Made by a program: the position numbers and the translations under genes
Source of the DNA: Solirubrobacteraceae bacterium
GTDB taxonomy: Bacteria; Actinomycetota; Thermoleophilia; Solirubrobacterales; Solirubrobacteraceae
DNA length: 64,000 bases
Assembly (NCBI GenBank): GCA_035551655.1
Contig: DASZNA010000072.1
Location: 5,526-69,525, forward strand
Reading direction: 5' to 3'
Part shown: positions 1 through 9,256 of the stretch, one piece after another
Position numbering within the stretch: the stretch's first letter is position 1
Layout: the number at the start of each line of letters is the position of its first letter
Notes under the pieces: generated by a model
Told to the model about the DNA's origin: nothing
The model's input: only the letters and a program-made list of their open reading frames with translations
Database searches by the model: none

Positions 1-2
1 CC

Positions 3-686
3 GCCTGGCAGGGGGTCAAGTACGCCAACATCCCGGACGGCGGCAGCGTCGTCGTGCTGGGTCTGGGCCCGATCGGGGAGATGTGCACGCGGGTGGCTCA
101 GCAGCTCGGAGCCGGTCAGGTGATCGGCGTCGATCTGGTCCAGGATCGCCTGCAGCGGGCGGCCTCGCACGGGGTCCACACGATCGATTTGAGCTCGACC
201 AGCGACCTGGCGGCCCAGGTGCGCGAGCTCACCGACGGGCGGGGTCCAGATTCGGTGATCGACGCGGTGGGCATGGAGGCACACGGCTCACCCGGCGGCA
301 AGCTGGCCCACACGCTGGCCGGGCTGATGCCTGATCCCGTGGCCAAGAAGATGATGGAGACGGCCGGCATCGATCGTCTGGCCGCGCTGAACAGCGCTCT
401 CGAGATCGTCCGGCGCGGCGGGACGGTGTCGCTGTCCGGGGTCTACGGGGGCGCGGCCGACCCGATCAACATGATGCAGGCCTTCGACAAGCAGGTGAAC
501 CTGCGGATGGGCCAGGCCAACGTCAAGCGCTGGATCGACGAGATCATGCCCCTGCTGAGCGATGAGGACACGCTGGGCGTGGAGAGCTACGCAAGCCATC
601 ACGTGCCGCTCAGTGAGGCGCCGCAGGCCTACGCCGACTTCCAGGGCAAGGTTGACGGCACGTTCAAGGTCGTCTTCACCCCGTGA
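3..686 (+). CDS. Zn-dependent alcohol/formaldehyde dehydrogenase (MDR family), 5'-truncated by the window edge
   Basis: Rossmann motif VLGLGPIG, DSVIDAVGMEAHG and GGTVSLSGVYGG; frame open to the window start. Confidence 0.85.
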   Translation, partial: AWQGVKYANIPDGGSVVVLGLGPIGEMCTRVAQQLGAGQVIGVDLVQDRLQRAASHGVHTIDLSSTSDLAAQVRELTDGRGPDSVIDAVGMEAHGSPGGKLAHTLAGLMPDPVAKKMMETAGIDRLAALNSALEIVRRGGTVSLSGVYGGAADPINMMQAFDKQVNLRMGQANVKRWIDEIMPLLSDEDTLGVESYASHHVPLSEAPQAYADFQGKVDGTFKVVFTP

Positions 687-699
687 CTGGGAGCCGCTG

Positions 700-1242
700 A
701 TGTCGCTGGCCGTGATCGTCACCGACATGCTCAACCCCTACGAGCATGAGGACGCCGAGCCGCTGATGGAGTCGGCTCGGGAGGTCGTGCCGGTGGTCAG
801 CTCGCTGGTGGCGGACGCTCGCCAGCGGGACATCCCCGTGGTCTATGTGAACGACAATCAGCAGGACTGGACGGCCGGCCGGCACGAGCTCGTGCAGCGG
901 GCGCTGGATGGGCGGGACCGCTCGCTGATCGAGCCGATCACCCCGCCGGACGACGCCCCGTTCGTGGTCAAGGCCCGCCACTCGGTCTTCTACCAAACCC
1001 AGCTCGAGTACATGCTCGGGCAGTTCGAGATCAAGCGGCTGGTCCTGGCCGGTCAGGTGACCGAGCAGTGCATCCTGTACTCGGCGCTCGACGCCTACGT
1101 GCGGCACTTCGAGGTGGTCATTCCTCGGGACGCTGTGGCCCACATCGACCCGGACCTGGCGGACGCGGCGCTGCGGATGATGGAGCGAAACATGCGAGCC
1201 GCGGTGCTGCCGGCCACCGACTGCCTCGACGTGACCGACTGA
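700..1242 (+). CDS. Isochorismatase-family cysteine hydrolase
   Basis: IVTDMLN, VVKARHSVF and AGQVTEQC give a D-K-C triad; ATG at 700 after GGGAG. Confidence 0.9.
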   Translation: MSLAVIVTDMLNPYEHEDAEPLMESAREVVPVVSSLVADARQRDIPVVYVNDNQQDWTAGRHELVQRALDGRDRSLIEPITPPDDAPFVVKARHSVFYQTQLEYMLGQFEIKRLVLAGQVTEQCILYSALDAYVRHFEVVIPRDAVAHIDPDLADAALRMMERNMRAAVLPATDCLDVTD

Positions 1243-1245
1243 TGC

Positions 1246-1638
1246 TCAGGCGGTTGACGACGCGGCCCGGATCGCCTCCGGGCGGCTCGGGTGGATCTCG
1301 AACTCCCGATCAAGCCGCGTGAGGGAGAGCAGCTCCAGGGTGGTGGCGACATCGCAGGCCAGCTGCAGGGCGATGCCCTGCCCGGTGGCCCGGCGCTGCG
1401 CGTTGAGCAGCAGAGCCAGCGCGGTGGAGTCGACGAACGTAACGGCGCACAGGTCGATAACCAGGCCGGACGGGCGGGTCCGCAGAATTTCGTTGATGAC
1501 CACCCGGAGCCGGGGGGTGCGAGCGATGTCGAGCTCGCCGCTCAGCGCGAGCACGGTCACTCCGCCGGCGGCCTCGCTGACAGCTACCGAGTCGGTGGTG
1601 GGGTCGGCTCCCGCCGCGGCGCCGCCTGTATCCAGCAT
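1246..1638 (-). CDS. STAS-domain anti-sigma-factor antagonist
   Basis: LSGELDIA and IDLCAVTFVDSTAL with the phosphorylatable Ser. Confidence 0.9.
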   Translation of the reverse strand: MLDTGGAAAGADPTTDSVAVSEAAGGVTVLALSGELDIARTPRLRVVINEILRTRPSGLVIDLCAVTFVDSTALALLLNAQRRATGQGIALQLACDVATTLELLSLTRLDREFEIHPSRPEAIRAASSTA

Positions 1639-1759
1639 CGTCGAAACGAATTACCCCTTCCCGGGCTCAAGCGGTCAGAAAGAGGTCAGAGATCGGTCAT
1701 AACCCGCCCCGCGGGGAGGCTAACCTGGCCTTCTCCGCCGGCCTTGGCTGCCCGGCCGC

Positions 1760-1880
1760 CGCTGATCCTTAGCTCCCTCCTACACAGGGGGAGCGCAACT
1801 CATGTGGGAATGTCCGGTTGTAAACGCAGGACGGCTTCCGGGGGTCAAGCCGCCCAGGCCTGAGCCGACAACAAACAGGA
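1760..1880 (+). ncRNA. Structured 5' leader, possible divergent c-di-AMP (ydaO-like) riboswitch
   Basis: Three hairpins plus ordered motifs GCTGATCC, AGGGGGAGC, GGGGTCAAGC and CCTGAGCCGACAACAAAC upstream of a putative cell-wall hydrolase; weak match by eye. Confidence 0.3.
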
Positions 1881-1906
1881 CCCTGTCGTCCCGTCCCCGG
1901 AGTCTC

Positions 1907-4168
1907 TTGCCCTTCCGCACGCGAAACCTCGCCCTAAGATCCGCTCCGCGCGGCCTGGGAGCCGCGCTCTTCCTCACCCTTCTGATCCTCAGCCTCCCCG
2001 CCGCCGCCGGGGCCGTGGGGACCACTAAGAACGTCAGCTATCGCGGATATACCGTCCGGGTTCCGCGGGCCTGGCCGGTGTACAACCTGGCCGCCCACCC
2101 GGCCACCTGCGTTCGCTTCAACCGCCACGCGGTGTACCTGGGCCGCCCGGCCGCCAACCAGTCCTGCCCGGTCCAGTCGATCGGGCGCACCGAGGCGATC
2201 CTGATCGGATCCGGGCCGACGGCGGATGGGTCCGGCCTCAGCGGCGCGAATGTCGCCCAGCGCACGGCGCACGGCGTGACCGCCGTGGCTACCTGGAACC
2301 AGCGCCCCGGCGTGATCCAGCGGGCCCTCGGCTTTCCCTCGCTGCGATCAATGCGGGCGGCCGCCCCCCGCACGTCGACAGCCGTCGCCTCAGCCCGTAC
2401 CCCGATGGTCCGGTCCGCCAGCGCCAGCACGTCCACGCCGGGTCAGGTCTATACGGGCAAGGGCTTTGACGTGTGCTCGACCCCCAGCACCTCGCACATG
2501 TCGTCCTGGTCGGGCTCTCCCTACCGGGCGATCGGCGTTTACGTTGGAGGCACCAATCGGGCCTGCTCCCAACCGAATCTCACCTCGGCCTGGGTCTCCA
2601 CCGAGTCGCAGGCCGGCTGGCACGTGATCCCCATCTACGTCGGCCTCCAGGCGCCCAGCAACTCCTGCGGCTGTGCCGCCATCAGCTCCTCGTCGGCCGG
2701 CTCGGAGGGAACCAGCGCGGCCAGTAGCGCCGTGGCGGACGCCCAGGCCATCGGGATCGGTGCGGGGAACCCGCTGTACTTCGACATGGAGGGCTACAAC
2801 CGCACCAGCACCAATACGAACGCGGTGCTCGCCTTCCTCCGGGGCTGGACCAATCAGCTGCACGCCGACGGCTACCTGTCCGGCGTCTACAGCAGCGGGG
2901 CCTCGGGGATCGCCGATCTGGCGGCCCAGTGGGGCACCAGCTATCCGGAGCCCGACGAGCTGTGGTTTGCCGACTGGAACGGCGCGGCTTCGACGAGCGA
3001 CTCCTATGTGCCGGGTGGGGAGTGGGCCGACCACCAGCGCCTGCACCAGTACTCCGGCGGGGTCAACCAGACCTACGGCGGGGTCACGATGAACATCGAC
3101 CAGGACTATCTGGACGCCGCCACGGCGGCTGAGGGGAGCAGCGCCACGGCGGCCTCGGGTCCTCCCACCACCACCTCCCCGCCCACCATCACCGGCAACG
3201 CCTACGTGGGCCAGACGCTGCACGAACACCACGGCGGGTGGTTCGGTAGCCCCACCTCCTACACCTACCAGTGGTACCGGTGCACCGGCTCGAGTAGCTG
3301 CACGCCCATCTCCGGAGCCACCGGACAAACCCACCTGGTGACGAGTGCCGACGAGGGCGACTTCATCGAGGTCGCCGAGACAGCCGCCAATTCGATGGGC
3401 CCCGGATCGGCGGCCAGCTCCAGCCTGACTCCGGCCGTTCAAGCCGCTCCCACCTCCAGCTACTACCTGTACACGGCATACGGGAACGTCTACAACGCGC
3501 TCGGCTCTCCGTTCTACGGCTCGGCCGTGAACGCAGGCGTGTCAACGATCGTGGGGATGGCGGCCACCACCGACGCCCGCGGGTACTGGCTGGCCGACGC
3601 GGCCGGAAGGGTGTTCCGCTACGGGGACGCCGCCTCGAGCCCGGGGGTGAGGCCGGCCCATCCGATCATCGGCCTGGCCGGCGCGCCCGGCGGCGGGTTC
3701 TACCTATTCAGCGCCCACGGCAACGTGTACAACTTGGCCGGCGCCCGCTTCTTCGGCTCGGCCCGCTCCTCGCACGTTTCGACGATCACCGGCATGGGGG
3801 TCACCCTGGACGGGAAGGGCTACTGGCTGATCGACTCGGCCGGAAAGATCTTCTCCTATGGCGACGCCGCCAAGCTGAGCCCGGTGAAGTCCACCTATTC
3901 CTTCCGGGGGATCCTGGCCGCGCCGCGGGGCGGCGCCTGGGCTTGGACCGGCCACGGCAACATCGACAACGTGGGCGGCGCTCCGTTCTACGGCTCCCCC
4001 TATCACGAGGGCTACCGCAACTCCACGTTCCGCGGGCTGACTCCCACCAAGGCGCGCGACGGCTACTGGATGGCCGAGAGCGGTGGCCTGGTTCTGCCGT
4101 TCGGAAAAGCGGAGGGCCTCCCGGCGATCCAGCCCAAGCACCCGATCGTCGGCCTGACCGGCGGATGA
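1907..4168 (+). CDS. Secreted DUF1906 (Rv2525c/GH25-like) putative peptidoglycan hydrolase with Ig-like and C-terminal repeat domains
   Basis: Signal peptide; GFDVC, AIGVYVGG, LYFDMEGY and NIDQD motifs; PPTITGNAYVGQTL...YQWYRC module; GYWL..G.VF.YGDA repeats; TTG at 1907 after GGAG is preferred to the track start at 1802. Confidence 0.8.
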   Translation: MPFRTRNLALRSAPRGLGAALFLTLLILSLPAAAGAVGTTKNVSYRGYTVRVPRAWPVYNLAAHPATCVRFNRHAVYLGRPAANQSCPVQSIGRTEAILIGSGPTADGSGLSGANVAQRTAHGVTAVATWNQRPGVIQRALGFPSLRSMRAAAPRTSTAVASARTPMVRSASASTSTPGQVYTGKGFDVCSTPSTSHMSSWSGSPYRAIGVYVGGTNRACSQPNLTSAWVSTESQAGWHVIPIYVGLQAPSNSCGCAAISSSSAGSEGTSAASSAVADAQAIGIGAGNPLYFDMEGYNRTSTNTNAVLAFLRGWTNQLHADGYLSGVYSSGASGIADLAAQWGTSYPEPDELWFADWNGAASTSDSYVPGGEWADHQRLHQYSGGVNQTYGGVTMNIDQDYLDAATAAEGSSATAASGPPTTTSPPTITGNAYVGQTLHEHHGGWFGSPTSYTYQWYRCTGSSSCTPISGATGQTHLVTSADEGDFIEVAETAANSMGPGSAASSSLTPAVQAAPTSSYYLYTAYGNVYNALGSPFYGSAVNAGVSTIVGMAATTDARGYWLADAAGRVFRYGDAASSPGVRPAHPIIGLAGAPGGGFYLFSAHGNVYNLAGARFFGSARSSHVSTITGMGVTLDGKGYWLIDSAGKIFSYGDAAKLSPVKSTYSFRGILAAPRGGAWAWTGHGNIDNVGGAPFYGSPYHEGYRNSTFRGLTPTKARDGYWMAESGGLVLPFGKAEGLPAIQPKHPIVGLTGG

Positions 4169-4217
4169 CGGGACCGGGCGCGGCTGGCCGGCCGCGCCCG
4201 ACGTTTGCGGCCGTCCC

Positions 4218-5873
4218 TCAGGCCAGCGATTCGTCCAGCTCGCCGAGCGCGTCGGTGAGCTCGAGGTTGGCCGCGTAGTCGACCGGGCACGCGATCACCG
4301 ACACGGTGTCCGCCTCCAGGGCCTGGCGCAGCGTGGGCAGCAGCTGATCGGCCTCCTCGATCCGGTACCCCCGAGCTCCGAAGCTCTCGGCGTAGGCCAC
4401 GAAGTCCGGGTTGGCAAACGCCGTGTCGCGGCTCTCGCCCAGCTCCAGGTCCATCTTCCAGGTGATCAGTCCGTATTCGTCGTCCACCCAGATCAGGATC
4501 ACCATGGGGATCCGCTCCCGCAGGGCCGTCTCGATCTCCTGCGAGTTCATCAGGAAGCCCCCGTCACCGGTGGCCACCAGAACTCGCACTTCCGGGCGAG
4601 CCAACTTGGCGCCGATCGCTCCCGGCACGGTCCAGGCCATTGTCGAAAGCCCGTTGGAGATCAGGCAGGTATTGGGCTCGTAGGTGGGATACAGGCGGGC
4701 CATCCACATCTTCAGAGCGCCGGTGTCGACCAGCACTATGTCCTCCCGGCCCATCGCGGCCCGGGTGTCGGCCACGATCCGGGCCGGTGTGAGCGGGAAC
4801 TGATCGTTGTCGGCGCCCCGGTCGAGCTCGCGGGCCAGCATGCCGCGGATCTCCTTCTCGGCCAGGGCCGGCTCGAACGGGCGGCCCACCGCGGCGGCCA
4901 GCGCATCCAGCGTGCGCGGAATGTCTGACTGCAGCCCCACCGTGACCTCGTAGTGCTGGTCCACCTCGGCCGGAAACCGATGGATGTGAATGATCGTCTT
5001 GTCACCCTGAGGGTTGATCCGGGCCGGATCGAATTCCTGGAGCTCGTAGCCGACCGCGATCACCGCGTCGGAGCGGTCAAAGCCGAAGTTCACGTAGTCC
5101 TTACGCATGAAGCCCACGGCGCCTAGGGCCAGCGGGTGGTCGTCGGGGAAAACGCCCTTGCCGTGAAAGGTGGTGGCCACGGGCACATTCAGCGTCTCGG
5201 CGAAGCGACGTAGCGCCTCGGAGGCTCCCGCCCGGGCGGCCCCGTGACCGGCCAGGACGATGGGGCTGCGAGCCGCCCGCAACGCCTCGGCCGCGCGTTG
5301 CAGCTGAGAGGCGGAGGGCTCGTCGCTGCGGGGGATGTTGACGGCCAGGGGGCGCGCGCCAGCGGCGGCGGGAGCCTTCTCCACATCCTCGGGAACCGCC
5401 AGGTAGACGGCGCCCGGGCGCTCGGTCTGGGCCAGCTTGAAGGCCTTGCGGATCATCTCCGGGACGGCCTCGGGCGTGGCGATCAGCTCCGACCACTTGG
5501 TCACCGGGTCGAACATCGACACCAGATCGACGCCCTGATGTGACTCCTTGAACGCCCGGTTGCGGCCCACCTGGGCCGACAGGGCCACCACGGGCGTGGA
5601 GTTGGTCGTGGCGTCGGCCACGCCCAGAAGCAGGTTGATGGCGCCGGGGCCGAGCGTCGCCGAGCAGACCCCGGCCTGGCCGGTCAGCCGCCCGTAGACC
5701 TCGGCCATGAACGACGCCGCCTGTTCATGGCGGACCAGCACGTAGCGGATCGAGGAGGAGGCCAGCGCCTGAACGAGGCGGATGTTCTCCTCGCCCGGGA
5801 TGCCGAACACGTACCTCACCCCCTCGTTCTCCAGGCAGCGGACGATCAGTTCGGCTGTGGAGTTCTCTGTCAT
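4218..5873 (-). CDS. Acetolactate synthase large-subunit family TPP enzyme
   Basis: VFGIPGEEN, RHEQAASFMA and the TPP motif GDGGFLMN...WVDD; ATG at 5873. Confidence 0.9.
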   Translation of the reverse strand: MTENSTAELIVRCLENEGVRYVFGIPGEENIRLVQALASSSIRYVLVRHEQAASFMAEVYGRLTGQAGVCSATLGPGAINLLLGVADATTNSTPVVALSAQVGRNRAFKESHQGVDLVSMFDPVTKWSELIATPEAVPEMIRKAFKLAQTERPGAVYLAVPEDVEKAPAAAGARPLAVNIPRSDEPSASQLQRAAEALRAARSPIVLAGHGAARAGASEALRRFAETLNVPVATTFHGKGVFPDDHPLALGAVGFMRKDYVNFGFDRSDAVIAVGYELQEFDPARINPQGDKTIIHIHRFPAEVDQHYEVTVGLQSDIPRTLDALAAAVGRPFEPALAEKEIRGMLARELDRGADNDQFPLTPARIVADTRAAMGREDIVLVDTGALKMWMARLYPTYEPNTCLISNGLSTMAWTVPGAIGAKLARPEVRVLVATGDGGFLMNSQEIETALRERIPMVILIWVDDEYGLITWKMDLELGESRDTAFANPDFVAYAESFGARGYRIEEADQLLPTLRQALEADTVSVIACPVDYAANLELTDALGELDESLA

Positions 5874-5883
5874 CCGATCCCCT

Positions 5884-6918
5884 TCACCGATCCCACCAGG
5901 CTGCCAGTACCCGCCGCCAGTTGTGCCAGGCGATCGCCTCGAGCTCGGGCTGGCTGAACCCGGTGTCAGCCAGGGCCTGCAGGAGCTTGGGCAGACCGGC
6001 CACATCGTGCAGCTCGGCCGGGATCAGCGTCCCGTCGAAGTCAGAGCCGAGCGCGACGTGCTCCACGCCGATCCGATCGGCCACGTAGCGAGCGTGCTCG
6101 GCGATCAGGCTGAGCGGCGTGTCCGCCTCATCGGCGAAGTCACGCCGCAGGAACGCGCAGGCGAACACGATTCCCACCAGCCCGCCTGTGGCGGCGATCG
6201 CATCGAGCTGCTGGTCGGTCAGATTCCGAGTGCAGGGGGCCAGAGCGTGAGCGCCGGAGTGCGAGGCCACCAGCGGACCTACCTCGAGCCGGGCCACGTC
6301 CCAGAAGCCGGCCTCGTTCAGGTGGCTGAGATCGACCATGACGCCGAGCTCCGCGCAGCGCTTGACCAGCCGTCGGCCGGCCGGCGTCAGGCCGGGCCCG
6401 GTATCCGGGGAGGCGGGGGACATGAACGGCACGCCGTAACCGAATGCGTTGGCCCGGCTCCACACGGGGCCCAGGGAGCGCAGCCCGGCGGCATACCAAG
6501 TGTCGAGCGTCTCCAGCTGCGGATCGATCGCCTCCGCGCCTTCCAGGTGGAGCACGGCGATGGGCGGACCATCGAGCTGAGCCTGCGCCGTGTCGAGATC
6601 CTCGACCCGGGTGGCCACCTTGATGTGGGCTGCGCGCTGGAGTGCGAGCAGCCGGCCGGCCGCCGCGGTGGCCTGGGCCGCCGCCTCGGGAAACCCGATG
6701 GGTGGCGAATACTCCATCTCGATCACGTCGTCGTCACGTTCGAGCGGAGTGAAATCGTCGTCCTCGTCGGTCGAAGCGAACACGGCGAAGATCCCGCCGC
6801 GCATACCCCCGGCCTTCATCCGGGGCAGGTCCAGATGTCCACCGCTGCGGCCATTGGCCAGGTCCGCGTGGTCGGGGTTGGTCAGCGCGTCGTTGTGGCC
6901 GTCGAAGACGGGGATCAT
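5884..6918 (-). CDS. Membrane dipeptidase (peptidase M19)
   Basis: FDGHND, LHLEGAE, VDLSH, ASHS and LGSDFDG. Confidence 0.92.
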   Translation of the reverse strand: MIPVFDGHNDALTNPDHADLANGRSGGHLDLPRMKAGGMRGGIFAVFASTDEDDDFTPLERDDDVIEMEYSPPIGFPEAAAQATAAAGRLLALQRAAHIKVATRVEDLDTAQAQLDGPPIAVLHLEGAEAIDPQLETLDTWYAAGLRSLGPVWSRANAFGYGVPFMSPASPDTGPGLTPAGRRLVKRCAELGVMVDLSHLNEAGFWDVARLEVGPLVASHSGAHALAPCTRNLTDQQLDAIAATGGLVGIVFACAFLRRDFADEADTPLSLIAEHARYVADRIGVEHVALGSDFDGTLIPAELHDVAGLPKLLQALADTGFSQPELEAIAWHNWRRVLAAWWDR

Positions 6919-6953
6919 CGATGGCGGACCGTAGCGGGTAACGTCGGCAAACG

Positions 6954-7901
6954 ATGCCTGGCGAGCTAGGTCCAGACCTGCGAATCGGTGAGCATCGAGT
7001 GCTCACCGGCAGCTGCTCGTGGACCGATCCCACCCTCGTCCGGGAAGGCGACTGGTACCCCCGCAAGACGATGAGCGCCGAGGAGCGCCTGCGCTTCTAC
7101 GCGGCCCAGTTCCCGCTCACCGAGATCGACTCCACCTACTACGCGCCTCCATCGGAGGAGCAGGCCCGGCTGTGGACTGAGCGCACACCCGATGGCTTCC
7201 GGTTCGACGTGAAGGCCTACTCGCTGCTGACCGGTCATCCGACCCGCCCTCAGAGCCTGTGGTCAGACCTGCGGGAGGAGTTGCCCGCCGAGGTGACCGA
7301 GAAGCGCAACCTGTACGCCAAGCACCTGAGCGCCGAGGCGCTTGAGGAGGCGTGGCGGAGGTTCGCCGGGGCCCTGGAGCCGCTGCAGGCGGGGGGTCGC
7401 CTCGGCGCGGTGCTGTTCCAGTACCCGCCGTGGTTCGGTCCGCGCCGGGACAACCGCCGGGAGATCGAGGCGTTGCCCGAGCGTCTGGGCGCCGATCTGC
7501 GGATCTGCGTGGAATTCCGATCTCCCGCCTGGCTGGCCTCGGACCGCGATCGGGAGAGGACCCTGGACCTGCTGCGCGAGTCCGGGCTGATCCTGGTGTG
7601 CCTGGACGCTCCGGCTAGCTCAGGCCTACCTCGGGTGTTCGAGGCCACCCAGGAGGATCTGCTGGTCATCCGCTTCCACGGTCGCAACGACGAGACCTGG
7701 AGCGCGCGCACCCGAACGGCGGCCGAACGGTTTCGCTACCTGTACTCCACCGAGGAATTGCAGGACTTGGTCCCGTCGGTGGCCGAGGCGGTGGAACAGG
7801 CGGCCGAGAGCCATCTGCTGATGAACAACTGCTACCGGGACTACTCGGTGCAAAACGCGGCCGAGCTGCGCGACCTGCTGGCCCGGTACACAGGGTCCTG
7901 A
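6954..7901 (+). CDS. DUF72 domain protein
   Basis: EIDSTYYAPP, FQYPPWF, VEFR and IRFHGRN. Confidence 0.92.
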   Translation: MPGELGPDLRIGEHRVLTGSCSWTDPTLVREGDWYPRKTMSAEERLRFYAAQFPLTEIDSTYYAPPSEEQARLWTERTPDGFRFDVKAYSLLTGHPTRPQSLWSDLREELPAEVTEKRNLYAKHLSAEALEEAWRRFAGALEPLQAGGRLGAVLFQYPPWFGPRRDNRREIEALPERLGADLRICVEFRSPAWLASDRDRERTLDLLRESGLILVCLDAPASSGLPRVFEATQEDLLVIRFHGRNDETWSARTRTAAERFRYLYSTEELQDLVPSVAEAVEQAAESHLLMNNCYRDYSVQNAAELRDLLARYTGS

Positions 7902-7956
7902 GCGGGCGATCGCGCCGGCGACGGCGACGGCGACCGGAGCCGGCGATGGCGACACA

Positions 7957-8060
7957 AACGTCCATCACCCCGTCCTGTCGCGGGGGGTGAGAGACGTTCT
8001 GGTCGCATAGGACGCCTAACGTCCACAACCCCTCCGCGACCCAGGGGGTTGTGGACGTTA
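7957..8060. repeat. Pair of related palindromic (REP/BIME-like) hairpins in inverted orientation
   Basis: Imperfect hairpin 7957-7998 and a perfect 16-bp stem 8017-8060 (TAACGTCCACAACCCC/GGGGTTGTGGACGTTA); unit 2 resembles the reverse complement of unit 1. Confidence 0.7.
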
Positions 8061-8107
8061 TGGTCGGCGTCGCGCGGCCCCTGACCCAGGCGTAGGCTGC
8101 CCATCAC

Positions 8108-9256
8108 ATGCCCGCTGAGCGGATGCTCCCCACCCCCGAGGCCGAGGCGATTGTCGCTCTGGCCCGGGATTTCGCCAGCCGGGAATTAACCCCACGGGTC
8201 GCCGCGGCCGAGGCCGAGCAGCGATTCCCGCGGACCACGTTCCGAAGGCTGGGGGAGCTCGGGCTCCTGGCCATGCCCTTCGAGGAGCGCTGGGGCGGGG
8301 GAGGCCTGCCCTACGAGGTCTACCTCCAGGCCCTGGAGGAGATTGGCGGCGCCTGGGCCAGCGTCGGTGTCGGCGTGAGCGTGCACGGTCTGGCCTGCCT
8401 GGCCGTGGCCAACCACGGCTCGCCGGAGCAGAAGGAGCGCTTCCTGCCGGAGCTCCTGGGTGGACACCAATTGGGCGCCTACTGCCTGTCTGAGGCGGAT
8501 GCCGGCAGCGACCCCGGCGCAATGCGAACGCGAGCCAGGCGACAAGGCGACACCAGCTACCGGATCAACGGCACCAAGGCATGGGTCACCCATGGCGGCG
8601 AGGCGGACTTCTACACCGTGTTCGCGCGCACTTCGGATGACGCTCGGCGCGGGATCAGTTGCTTTCTGGTCCCGGCCGATGCCGAGGGACTGCATCCCCA
8701 GCCGCCCGAGCGCAAGATGGGCATGACGGCATCCACCACGGCGTCGATCGTGTTCGAGGACGTGGGGGTCGGCGCCGACCGGTTGATCGGCGAGGAGGGG
8801 GCGGGGCTGGCCATCGCGCTAGGCGCGCTCGACTCAGGCCGCCTGGGGATCGCCGCCGTGGCCACTGGCCTGGGCCAGGCGTGCCTGGACTGCGCGGTCG
8901 AGTACGCGGGGCAGCGCCAGACGTTCGGCAAGCCGATCGTCCAGCACCAGGGCGTGGCGTTTCTGCTGGCCGACATGGCCGCAGCGGTCGACAGCTCGCG
9001 GGCGATGATGCTCGAGGCGGCCCGGCGCCGGGATCGAGGGCGGCCGTTCAGCCGGCAGGCCTCGATCGCCAAGCTGCTGGCCACCGACTCGGCCATGAAG
9101 GTCTCAACCGACGCGGTCCAGGTGCTCGGCGGCGCCGGCTACACGCAGGATTTCCCGGTGGAACGGATGATGCGCGAAGCGAAGGTGATGCAGATCTTCG
9201 AGGGGACCAACCAGATTCAGCGGTTGGTCATCGCGCGGCAGCTGAGGCCGGCATGA
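8108..9256 (+). CDS. Acyl-CoA dehydrogenase
   Basis: YCLSEADAGSD, INGTKAWVT, QVLGGAGY and IFEGTNQIQR. Confidence 0.95.
   Translation: MPAERMLPTPEAEAIVALARDFASRELTPRVAAAEAEQRFPRTTFRRLGELGLLAMPFEERWGGGGLPYEVYLQALEEIGGAWASVGVGVSVHGLACLAVANHGSPEQKERFLPELLGGHQLGAYCLSEADAGSDPGAMRTRARRQGDTSYRINGTKAWVTHGGEADFYTVFARTSDDARRGISCFLVPADAEGLHPQPPERKMGMTASTTASIVFEDVGVGADRLIGEEGAGLAIALGALDSGRLGIAAVATGLGQACLDCAVEYAGQRQTFGKPIVQHQGVAFLLADMAAAVDSSRAMMLEAARRRDRGRPFSRQASIAKLLATDSAMKVSTDAVQVLGGAGYTQDFPVERMMREAKVMQIFEGTNQIQRLVIARQLRPA

Noticed and set aside
5782-6969. Long antisense or alternate-frame ORFs (also 9873-11408, 19688-21466, 22206-23696, 28521-29825, 32357-33706, 53141-54754)
   Set aside because: Shadow ORFs of high-GC coding regions; they overlap genes with clear family motifs and have no motifs of their own
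7900-8100. CRISPR array
   Set aside because: Only two inverted, non-identical units; no direct repeat-spacer pattern and no cas genes
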